A stretch of 61,658 nucleotides of DNA, the filler included, from Chiloscyllium plagiosum (taxonomy: Eukaryota): the NCBI RefSeq assembly GCF_004010195.1. It is 2 parts of one record of this genome, joined end to end, with 100 filler letters (N's around TTAATTAATTAA, not from the genome) between each part and the next. Parts side by side here need not be neighbours in the genome. Positions count along the whole stretch, not along the records: positions 1 to 31,944 come from NC_057717.1; 1 more part is not named here. One strand, given 5' to 3'. Position 1 is the first letter of the stretch. The number at the start of each line of letters is the position of its first letter. The position numbers were made by a program, and so were the translations under genes. Below, in pieces: positions 13,719-24,479 of this stretch. The notes under the pieces are model-generated. The model made no database searches and was not told the origin of the DNA. It saw only the letters and a program-made list of their open reading frames with translations.

Positions 13719-13985
13719 CCATAGAGGAAAAGCTTTAGAGCTCAGGGCCAATAACCTTTCATCAGAGATGGAAAATATTAGGTGAAGAATAGCATTCCTG
13801 CAATGCTAAAGTCACAGTAAATGGGTGAGCTGGAGATGGGTGAGCTGGAGATGGGTGCAGGAAGTGCACCCATCTCCAGCTCCCATAGAGGAAAAGCTTT
13901 AGAGCTCAGGGCCAATAACCTTTCATCAGAGATGGAAAATATTAGGTGAAGAATAGCATTCCTGCAATGCTAAAGTCACAGTAAA
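13719..13985. repeat. Perfect 103-bp direct repeat flanking a 61-bp hairpin filler
   Basis: 13719-13821 = 13883-13985; spacer 13822-13882. Confidence 0.95.
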
Positions 13986-14107
13986 GTTGTGTGCTAGGAA
14001 ATGAAATGACAGGGGAGATTCATGTGAAGGGCGAGTGTAATTCATTCCTGAAAGGATGGATAATGCATAAAAAAGGTTTTCAATCCCTTGAAACATTATG
14101 GAAGATG

Positions 14108-14420
14108 TCATAGAGTCTAGAGATGGACAGCATGGAAACAGACCCTTCAGTCCAACTCGTCCATACCGACCAGATATGCTAAATTTATCTAGTACCATTT
14201 GTCAGCATTTGGCGCATATCCCTCTCAAGCCTTCATATTCATATATCCATCCAGATGCCTCTTAAAAGTTGCACTTGTACCAGCCTTCACCATTTCCTCC
14301 AGCAACTCATTCCATACATGCACCACCGTCTGCGTGAAAAGGTTGCCACTTCGGTCCCATGTCCCCTTTCACCCTAAATCTACGCCCTCTAGTTCTGGAC
14401 TCCACTCCCACCCCAGTGAA
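14108..14420 (-). mobile_element. CR1 3' end
   Basis: Reverse complement ends ttggactgaagggtctgtttccatgctgtccatctctagactctatg; FTQTVVHVWNEL. Confidence 0.8.
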
Positions 14421-15051
14421 AACAGTGAGAACGTAAGAGTAGTATAAGGGACGGGCCCTTTGAGGAAGATTGAAGAGAGGAAATTAAGAATACAGTTCAT
14501 GACCTTTTGCTTGCTCATGTTCTGCCAAACCTAGGATTAGTGTTTGAATTGCTGAATTTTAGAATTTTACATTAACTGATGTTTAAGCGTATAGTTTTCT
14601 CTGCAGTAAGGTTTACTTAATTTGAAAGCTAACCATCTACTTTAAGAAGTGATAATTTGATTTACAAAGTTTCATTTCCCGTTCAGACAAAATGTATGTC
14701 TTAAATAAACCTTTCCTGGAGTCTCACATGCAATTCTGGTGATCGAATTTTAAGAAGGATGCGATTGCATTAGAGCGGGTCGAGAGGACATTTAACGGAA
14801 TACTTCTCGAACATCTGAGTCATTGGATAGGCTAGGATTACAAGATTTTGACGGGATAGATGGGGTGGATAGGATAACTGAGAGAGATCAACTGGCAGGG
14901 AGCATAGATTTAGGGTTCGGCGCATTCGTTCAAGGAATCCTTCATTTCGTTTCTTACCACGAGAGTATTGAAATTGGCATATGGCATTAACTGAGATATA
15001 TAAGTAAGGAATACCTTTTGTAATAAGCATTCAACATTAAATATCACTTAC

Positions 15052-15115
15052 CAGGGACACCAATAATGGCAAGAATCAAGTAATATATTTTCTTGATGCT
15101 ATAAAACACATTCAT
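15052..15115 (-). CDS. Exon 1 of the same GPR139-like GPCR (MNVFYSIKKIYYLILAIIGVP+G), missed by the ORF track
   Basis: ATG at 15115 with an in-frame upstream TAG. 64 nt ending CCT G|gtaagt (consensus donor, phase 1). Splicing to 6659 restores TM1 (IIGVPVNVMAI) and gives a 975-nt CDS, 324 aa. Confidence 0.85.
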
Positions 15116-15906
15116 AATGTCCAGTGTGAAGGAAGTAATTTCTTCGTCTTGCTATCGCTCATGCACTAAGAAAATACATTCCCAGATCCTGCAATTTATG
15201 TTCTTTGAGAGGTCCGCGGGGAACGTAGAAGTTGCAACATCATTCTGTTTTCTTTTCTTTGTTTGAACCAATGGATTATGACAGTGAGCTAGAGCCTCGC
15301 TGAGACAGCACAGATTGTATTCTGAGAACGAATTCCAAAACTCAAAGGATGTCACCATTTGGATTAGACAGACCATTGAAACTTGAGGAGAACTGAACTG
15401 TTACAGAATTGAAGGGAGCCATTTGCCCCGTACATTGTACGCTGGTGCTTTGTGGTGCAATTTTCCCAAAGCTGCGAACACGCTTTTACTCCGTGGAGCT
15501 ACAGGTTTTGCTGTCTTTTCTGATAATGATCGAAGTTCCTTTCCACAATGCATTCCAAATGTTAACCTTCCATGACATGTTGCTGTTCATTCATTTGTTA
15601 AACTCCTCAGACTGTTTTCTGCTAGCTCTCAATGTTTGTGACATGATAACAAATTTATTCTATCTATTCGATCTGGACATATCATGATTTTGAACCTAAC
15701 ATCATGCTATCTTCTCATGCTGTCTACTCAAAACAGAATAGCAGTCCGTTGTCCAAGTCAACTATGTCACTAATGTTCATTATTCTTGGAACCATAGCTG
15801 AGTACCCTTAATACACGCTCTCTCAGTCCATCATATCTTTGGTAACACTGCTTGAACAGAAATTAATGCAATGTTTTAGTTAATAGTTAACCAGCGTTTT
15901 GTACAT

Positions 15907-16607
15907 TGTTACGATATAGAGATAGTCAAAACACATCACTCTTTCTACCTCTCGTATTTGAAACACAGTAAACACAGTAAATTCAAAATTAAACGGACCT
16001 CATAATTTAATCTAAAGGTTCCTAACCATACTTTTAAAATAATCAATCCCAGATACTGTGAATATTCTCTTCCTGACACTCGCTTATATCTTAGAGAAAG
16101 GACTTAATTTATTGATATCATTGAAACTTTAATGGAGGAAACATTAAACAGCAAAGTAATCGAATGTTTAGTAAATACAGCAAAGTAAATGTGCTTTAGA
16201 CTCAACAACATTTGTTTTCAGCCCTATTCACACAAAGTACAGACAAGGAAATATAGTAAAGAGAGCAACAAAATAAAATAAGAAAACTGGCCAGATTACT
16301 TAAGTGGGTAATCGGCACCAATTCCCAATTACTGGCCTCGTAAATAGCCAGTTCCTGTTACCTGTTTAAACATAATACTCTGGCATAGTGTTGAAGCACC
16401 TGCAGAACTTCGTCACCAGGAACCAACCTGCAACTAATTTCCTCACAAATAAACAAAAGCTTGTTTCATCTGTTTTGCTTTTAACACAAGTTGTTGCCCA
16501 CCGTCAAAAAGTCATCTATCGCTCGCAACTCCTAGTTCACAGCTCCAAATCAAAATAGATAAAAGAAAGAAATAAAGAATAATTCAAAACCGGGGAGGCC
16601 TCTAACA
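15907..16607 (-). mobile_element. Probable solo LTR
   Basis: TGTTA...TAACA termini with flanks ACAT / ACGT (one-mismatch 4-bp TSD). No coding sequence; strand inferred. Confidence 0.55.
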
Positions 16608-16610
16608 ACG

Positions 16611-17217
16611 TGTTCCTCTTATCTGTGCTGCTTCTGTATTAGCCAGTTCCAAATCCCAGAACAGTGCATGCTTTACTGGCTGCTCTGCTATTTTTTCTTA
16701 TTTTAAAGGCAAGTGCACGGTGTTTCATTCCAGATACAATTCGATTGCACAAGCTATCGGATTTAAAACAAAACCATTTTAATTAAAATACAGCTAAAGA
16801 AAGAAGAAGTTTGAATAACAACTCTATTGGAAAACTTGACAGAATAATAGATTATTAACCACTTACTAATGAACTGTTCCAGCATAGTAACATCGCATAA
16901 ACATACCCTTCCCAAAAGGCGAATGTGGACAACAGATCATCTCAGATGCAACCCAGCAGCAGGAAGACAACCCCCAACTATTAGCTTTAACTGAGAGTGA
17001 AAAAATAGCTTCCTCTTCTTCAAGACACAAGCAGCAACTGCTGAAAATGTGGGTGTTTGACCACGCACATTCAGGCTGCTTTTATTGTTCCAACTTTTCA
17101 AAAATCCCAAGGGCTGTTGACTTGATGAATTTTTAATAGACAACTCATAACCCCTGCCTTAAAAGATCTCCTCCAAAAAAGGACAAAATACATCTCTAAA
17201 AACCATAGCATCATCAC
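16611..17217 (-). mobile_element. Probable second solo LTR, adjacent to the first
   Basis: Reverse complement resembles the layout of the LTRs at 51015-51635. Ends approximate; no TSD resolved. Confidence 0.45.
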
Positions 17218-17784
17218 TATAGCCATATCATCTTTGTTGACTTGGGCAAAATTCATTGCATCACTCCGTTCAGCAACCTACGTGTGTGTTTTTGAAGATT
17301 ATCACTATTATCAACACTGTTCACAATAATTTACTTCCGTTGCTACTGATTTATGAAACACTGCTCCATATAACCGTCTGTATCTCATCCATCTTTATTG
17401 TCGTTAATTGTGCTTTCACCTATATTCAATTACCATCATCATCTAAGGACTATCATCCATAAGTTGAAGTCTTTGACTTCCTGAATACTGTATTTGTTGG
17501 TTGACCCACTTTCCACCTCTGCAGGACTTGGTTGTACATCTCTTATCTCGAAGCTCGCTTTGAAAACAAACGCAGAGTAATTTGACGATGCAGGATCGTG
17601 GAATAACGGGACAGTCACTATTGTGGTCCTCACATTCTGTTTCATGTTTATGAATTACCAAAGTATAGTTACATGCATGTTCGTGACATCCACCCACAAA
17701 ATGCGACCTTAAAACCTTAAGAATGGACGGTCAATCTGAACTTTCAAATGGAAATGAAAACAGGATGAGGTGGAAAGGTGTGTA

Positions 17785-18345
17785 GAAGATAGAACATAGA
17801 AATAAAAAAAGTACAGCACAGAATAGGCCCATGATGTTGTGGCGAGGATTATTCTTAATCTAAACTAAAGTAACCTAATCTACACACGCCTCCATTTCCT
17901 GCTCTCGATGTACATGTCCATCAGTCACTCAACTGTCCCTAGTGTCTACTTCCACCACCGCTGCTGGCAACGCATTCCATGCATTCACAACTCTCTGTGT
18001 AAAGGACCTACCTCTGACGTCTGCTCTATACCTTCTACCTAACACCTGAAAACTATGATCCCTCGTGCCAGTCAATCCTGCACTGGGGAAAAGTCTCTGA
18101 CGATCAACTCTATCCATGCCTCTCATTACCTTGTATACCTCAATCAGGTCACCTCCTTTTTTCCTTCTCTCCAGAGAGAAAAGGCCGAGTTTGGTCAACC
18201 TCGCTTGGTAAGACATGCCTTCAAGTCCAGGCAACATCCTGGTAAGATTTCTTCGTACCCTCTCCAAAGCATCCGTATCTTTTCTATTATAGAGCGATTA
18301 GAACTCGACACAATATTGCAAGTGTGGTCTCACAAGGGTTTTTGC
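17785..18345 (-). mobile_element. CR1 3' end
   Basis: LTRMLPGLEGMSYQARLTKLGLFSLERRKKGGDLIEVYK...FTQRVVNAWNALP; ttctatg-type tail. Confidence 0.9.
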
Positions 18346-19310
18346 CAGCCAGTTAATTGTCCACCCAAGGGGATGGTTAAATTCCTGATATATTAAATTG
18401 TGCATAACGTTTTACGTGACACCTTGCCAAATGCCTTTTGGGTGTTATTTCAACTCTCTGATCACATTTGCCTATGACCACTTGCCCACGGCTCAGGCAA
18501 TAAAGCGGCAATCAATTGTTTCTCCATCCTGGCAATGTGCTCTTCCCAAGGACATGTACTTTAGTAAAATGAAGACAAACTGAGTCCTTGAAGAATACGA
18601 GGATAACAGAAAATGAATTATAGAAAGTGTTAGGCGGACTAAACAGGGTCATGAAAAGATCTTGGCAAACAATATCAAGGGAGGTCCCAAGAGTTCTTAA
18701 ACGTATATAAGAAGCAAGAGGATGGCCATTGAAAGGGTAGTCCACTCAACGACAAAGAAGGAAATTTTTGCGTGGAACCAGGGAACGTGAGTGAGATTCC
18801 TGAATGAATACTTTCATTCACCAAGGAGAAGGGTATAGTGAACGTTGAGTCTACAGAGTGGTGTTGATATACCAGCGCATGTCTATTTTTTTAAAAAGAT
18901 ATTGGTCTATTGAAAAGCATCAAGGTAGACAAGTCCCCAGGGCCGAATGACATTTATTGCAGCATACTGAGGGAAGTGAGTGAGGAAATTGCTGGGGCCT
19001 TATATGAAACCTTCGTATCCTCTTTAATCACATGCGAGATCTCAGAGGATAGAGAACAGCCACTGTTGTTCTTTTGTTTAAAAAGGGCAACCATTATAAT
19101 GCAGGACCCTGCAGGCTGGTGAGGCTGGGTGGAATGAAAATTATTGGAAAAGATTCTCAGAGTCAGGATGTATTCACATCTGGAAAAATATCGACTTATT
19201 AGCGACGGACAGCATGATTGTGTATGGGGGAGTTCGTGTCTCACACATTTTGTTACTTTTTTTTAGAAAGGATGACAATGATGATAAATGAGGGCAGAGC
19301 AACAGATGCT

Positions 19311-19471
19311 AGGAGAAAGTGAGGATGCAGATGCTGGAGACCAGAGTTGAAAAATGTGGTGCTGGAAAAACACAGGATTCCTGAAGAAGGGCTTATGCCC
19401 GAAACGTCGATTCTCCTGCTCCTCGGATGCTGCCTGGCCTGCTGTGTTTTTCCAGCACCACATTTTTCAAC
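19311..19471. mobile_element. Mini fold-back Penelope-tail insertion with a hammerhead motif, inside CR1
   Basis: Perfect 30-bp inverted repeat (19346-19375 / 19442-19471). ~15-bp TSD agagcaa(c/t)agatg(c/t)t. Same sequence family as 61441-61540. Confidence 0.85.
19381..19408 (+). ncRNA. Minimal hammerhead ribozyme motif
   Basis: CUGAAGA-A-GGGC-UUAU-GCCC-GAAAC-GUC: intact core, 4-bp stem II, palindromic ACGU stem III typical of Penelope-associated minimal hammerheads. Confidence 0.72.
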
Positions 19472-22400
19472 AGAGCAATAGATGTTGCCGACATGGACTT
19501 CCGCAAGGCCTTCGACAAGGTCCCTTAAGGTAGGGTGATAAAGAAGGTGAAGTCATATAGGATCCGTGGTGAACTGGTAAGATGTATGCAGAACTGGGTA
19601 GGTCATAAAAATCACAGCAGTGTTAGAAGGCAATTCTTTCTGACTGGAGATCTGTGACCAGTTGTGTTCTGCAGGGATCAATGCAGAAACCCCTGGGGTT
19701 TGTAAGAAAATGTAGATGATCTAAGTTTGTGGACAACACGGAGATTGCAGGAGCTGTGGATAGTAAGGGGAATTACATCTGGGCATGGATAGGGTTGGAG
19801 GCATGGATAGAGAAATGGCAGATGGCATTTGATCAAAACAAATGCGAGAGGATGCATTTTGGAATGTCTTTCAAGAGGAAAGTGTACAGTAAATGACAGA
19901 ACACATGGAAACTCTCACGTATAGAGGGATTTACATATACATGTGCACATTTCTCTGAAAGTGACAAAGCAAGTAGATAAGGCAGTCAAGAAGGCATTTG
20001 GTCAGGGCATAGAGTATAAAAATACCTAATGGAGACATGTTGCACCTGTACAGAACTTTAGTAAGGCCACGTTTAGGTTATTGGTCAGAGTTCTGTGGCC
20101 ACACACCAGAAAGTTGTGGAGGCTGTGGAAAGGGTGCAGAAAAGGTCATCAGGATGTTGCCTGATTTGGAGGGTATGAACTTTGAGGAGGGATTAGAAAA
20201 GCTCAATTTGTTTTCACTTGAATGTTGGAGGTAAAGTGCAGAAGTGATAGAGATTTACAAACTCATGAGTCGTGGATAACTCATGAGTCGTGGATATCGT
20301 GCATCGTTGGAGTCTTTTACCTCAGTGCGGAAATATCATTTACCTGGAGGCATTGATTTAAGGTAAGAGGGGGAAAGTTCACAGAGATAGGTTATGAAGG
20401 GCGGGTTCCTTTACACAAAGGATGATAAATGCTTGGAATGCTTTGCCATTGGAGGTTGTAGAAGCAGATGCAACAGCAAACGTTTAAGAGGTGTCTTGAT
20501 AGGCGTAGGATTCGGCAGGGAATAGAGGGACATGGGTCACATAGAGACTAAAGACCTTAGTGCAGAAAGGCTTAATGTGTTGGCACAGACTTGGTGGCAT
20601 GAAGGGCCTTACTTCTGTGTTCTACTTCTATTTCCTCTTTGCTTTCTCAAACAACTCCCCACTTATGACTCTCAGCATATCGACAGCATTCACAGCCAGT
20701 TAAATATAAACGCCCCTCCAGCTTTATGCCCAAATTCATCCTACACTTATTTTTGCCCAGCATCCTGCATGAACCTCACTAAAAAGGGATGAACTTGAGG
20801 TCTTCTATTTCTGTTTTTTTTTAGTTTTGAGATCCACGTCCAATTAACCAAAGCACCCTCACTAAACAGTTTGTTAATTGCTTGGCCATCAATTAATTTC
20901 ATCAAGAATTTGGTTTTTACTTCAGTGTCACAATTTTCTTTCAACTAATGAAACTATTGGTTTATTGCATCTTGTAGTTACTAAAATTCAATTCAAGAGG
21001 AAGGAGACAGATAGTTAATAATCACCAAATAATCAGTTCCTCCTTGTTTCATGGTTACGGTGGGTGAGCAGAGCAGGAGTTGGAATCGAAATGTCATGGG
21101 GTTCCCACGCAGGGCCAACTCATGCTCCACTGAAACGCATCCAAATTCAAAATAGAATGCTGTCTTTTGTTTAATGGACAATGATATGTACAATTCGGGA
21201 TTGTGATGGCGTTGTCCATTGCGTAGGCGAGACCACGTTGTTCCAAACAAAGTTGGTAGGTGGAGCTAGTGAGGTATTTGCATCACTGTCTGAGGAGGTA
21301 TCTGGGCATATGAGGAGGTGACTAAAGTCATCTGAAGTGCATATTAGCTCGTGCCAGAAGCCTTGCAGACAGCATTTCAGGGATCTAAGGAGGGAACCTG
21401 GCCAAACATTCGTTGAAAGAACCAAACAAAATAATTTTGATAGGTGGATAAGAAAATGCCATCGGAATCTTTGGAAATGGAAATTTCAATTGCAGATTAA
21501 ATAGCTTGAACATCAAAAGGAAATGAAAAGTTTGGACAATGATTAAAAGCAGAGGAAAGAGAAAAAGAAAGAATAAGCCTGGCAGAACAAATACAATAGG
21601 AAATATTAGCCCTGGTAGAATAAAACAGAAAGGAGCGAAAAGCCCTCGCAGAAAAAGGAGAGAAAGAGAGATTCCTCAAAAATAGATCAAACATATGATG
21701 CTCTTTGAGAAATCATTATTCTGGAGGAATCCAAACATTCACTTCCTGAAGTAATGATCATTCATGTGGAAGAGCAGAGAATTAAAGCACCAAGATTAGT
21801 AGCTGAAATGGCTCATAATTATGTGTTGGTTCATAAATCAAAGTTCGGCTTCTGACATCAATTTCAATTCGTGAGGGATAGAAGCTGTGGAAAAGACAAA
21901 TCCTCGGGATAACTTTGGCAACAATTAAGATAATTTACTACAGATTAAAAAGGAAATTCCCGAAGTGGAACACAATGTAGCAAAAGCTTTGGTACTTTCA
22001 CTGCAAGGAGGAGAGCCACGTGAAGTCACAGCATTGGTGGTTTGGAAAAAGCACTTGAAAGACAGGTGTAGTAAAATAGGATGAGCCAGTGAATTTTGTT
22101 AAAGTGGTAAAGGAAAGCAAAATGGAAGCTAAAAAGCTGCACCAAAATGTACAACAGGGTGGAAGGTTGATTGAGGACGAAGTACCAGAACTTCTTAAAC
22201 CATTTATTTGCGAGGGTAAGAATTACTCACATATGCCAGGAGGCGCAGGTAAAGAAATTATAGTTCTAAGAGGTATGGGATCATGACAATCTTTGATGTT
22301 GAGAGATAAGGAGATATGTCATCCAGAAGGACTATTGCCAGAAAATGTGTCAATATTTGGAATTCATTGTGAGACAAGAAGTGATGCATTATGTAAAGTG

Positions 22401-22477
22401 AAGTTGGCGTGTTCAGTGAAAAGTGTAGAAGGGGCGGTAGTACTGGTGAAACTCTCAGCTCCACGAATACAATTTGC

Positions 22478-23592
22478 TGTGGTTCTGTTCGCCGAGCTGG
22501 GAATTTGTGTTGCAGACGTTTCGTCCCCTGCCTAGGTGACATCCTCAATGCTGAGCTGGGAATTTGTGTTCCAGACGTTTCGTCCCCTGTCTAGGTGACA
22601 TCCTCAGTGCTTGGGAGCCTCCTGTGAAGCGCTTCTGTGATGTTTCCTCCGGCATTTATAGTGGTTTGTCTCTGCCGCTTCCAGTTGTCAGGTCCAGCTG
22701 TCCGCTGTAGTGGCCGGTATATTGGGTCCAGGTCGATGTGTTTGTTGGTAGGATCTGTGGATGAGTGCCATGCCTCTAGGAATTCCCTGGCTGTTCTCTG
22801 TTTGGCTTGTCCGATAATAGTATTCTATTATAGTAGTCCTATAATACAATGTATTCACCAAAAACGGATACCCCCGCAATTTCATCAACAGATGCCTAAG
22901 GGAAAGACAACGGAATGAGGACATGCCACAACCCAAAGGACAAGCCACACTACCATACATCAAGAACATTTATGAACAGACAGCCAGACTACTGCGACCA
23001 CTAGGACTCATAGCAGCACACAAACCAATAGCCACTCTCAGACAACAACTCACCAGGACAAAGGACCCGATACCCAGCATGAGCAAACCCAACGTAGTGT
23101 ACAAAATCCCATGCAAGGACTGCACAAAATAGTACATAGGGCAAACAGGAAGTCAGCTAACGATCCATATCCATGAACACCAACTAGCCATGAAACGACA
23201 CGACCAGCTATCCTTAGTCGCCACACACGCAGATGTCAAGCAACATGAGTTCGATTGGGACAACACTACTATTATAGGACAAGCCAAACAGAGAGCAGCC
23301 ATGGGAATTCCTAGAGGCATGGCACTCATCCACAGATTCTATCAATAAACACATCGACCTGGACCCAATATATGGGCCACTGCAGCGGACAGCTAGAACT
23401 GACAACCGGAAGCGGCAGAGACCAGCCACTATAAATGTCGGCGGAAACATCACAGAAGCACTTCACAGGAGGCTCCCAAGCACTGAGGATGTCACTTAGA
23501 CAGGGGACGAAACGTCTGCAACACAAATTCCCAGCTCGGCGAACAAAACCACAACAACGAGCACCCGAGCTACAAATCTTCTCACAAACTTT
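22478..23592 (+). mobile_element. Penelope-like element, 5'-truncated with inverted pLTR and GIY-YIG remnant
   Basis: ~22478-22825 is the reverse complement of ~23265-23552. Plus strand encodes TLPYIKNIYEQTARLLRPLG...NVVYKIPCKDCTK*YIGQTG...IHEH. 12-bp TSD GAATACAATTTG (22465-22476 / 23593-23604). Confidence 0.92.
23483..23516 (+). ncRNA. Minimal hammerhead ribozyme motif in Penelope pLTR (related copies: minus strand in 22494-22611 twice and 55671-55704; plus strand 55919-55952)
   Basis: gca-CUGAGGA-U-GUC...GAC-GAAAC-GUC-ugc, with a short stem I gca/ugc. Confidence 0.68.
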
Positions 23593-24479
23593 GAATACAA
23601 TTTGTCTTTGGTAACGATATAGCTGGATCAGAGGTAGGAGTGCTGCCTACTGTGATTCAAGAGCAAGTGGAAAACCAGGCAACTAAGGTTACAGGAATGA
23701 AACCCTGGGAATTTCCTGACTGTATGACAAGATCAAAAAGCCACTGGGTGAAGTAGAAGCAGATATAAAAATAAAAGATAATAAATTGAAGTATGATTAC
23801 CCAAAAACATGTTTGATCAAATAATTGAGACAAAACAAGATCAGATGGAGAACAAAATGGATATTTTCATTCGGAGAAATTAATTGAGTCACAAAAGAAA
23901 GAAGAAAGATTGAATCAATTGTCTCAAAAAGCATACACAGTTTTTGAATCTGAGTGTATTCCCGAAAGTTACAATCTTAAAAATGATGTCTTGATGAGGA
24001 AATGAAGACCATTACATATTCAGGAGAATGGAAAATGGGCAGAAGTTCATCAAGTTGCATTACCAGTGGGTTAGAGAAAGGGGTGTCGCGGGTAGCACAT
24101 GAATTATCAGTCGGAGATGATCTGGGAGTAAGGAAAACTCAAGTCAAAATACAAAAACATTTTTATTAGCCTGGACTGCGTAAGGATGTAGTTGACATTT
24201 GCCAGCAATGTCATATGTGTCAGGGAATTGGAAACCCTCAGTGATACAACCAGCACCTTGTATTTGACGAATATTTTACAAGGGTCTCAACTCATTGCCG
24301 AGGACACCTATCTAGAATAAAAAGTGGGAGTCAGTATTTGCTCTCAATAGTGGATTTCCAGAGACCATTCCATTACACAATATCACAGCTAAAAGGATTT
24401 TAGAGAAATTACCCAAACTTTTCACTCGACTTACAGAGAAAAGCAGCAGAAGCCAGGTCGGTGGCACGATGACTAGCTC

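Larger units (their letters stand above)
18585..20635 (+). mobile_element. CR1-type LINE, RT to 3' tail, decayed
   Basis: DKSPGPNDIY; DFRKAFDKVP; LYRTLVRPRL; tail gaagggccttacttctgtgttctact. Confidence 0.88.
21235..24445 (+). mobile_element. Internal fragment of a third Gmr1-like element (gag, protease, start of integrase), split by a Penelope insertion and truncated by CR1
   Basis: Nucleotide similarity to gag/PR/IN of the elements at 8.8-10.7 kb and 52.3-53.2 kb (e.g. gagctagtgaggtatttgc; KEIIVLRGMGS; caaaaacatttttattagcctggactgc). No LTRs seen; boundaries approximate. Confidence 0.82.

Noticed and set aside
20261..20296. 18-bp tandem duplication actcatgagtcgtggata
   Set aside because: Ordinary slippage within a dead CR1.
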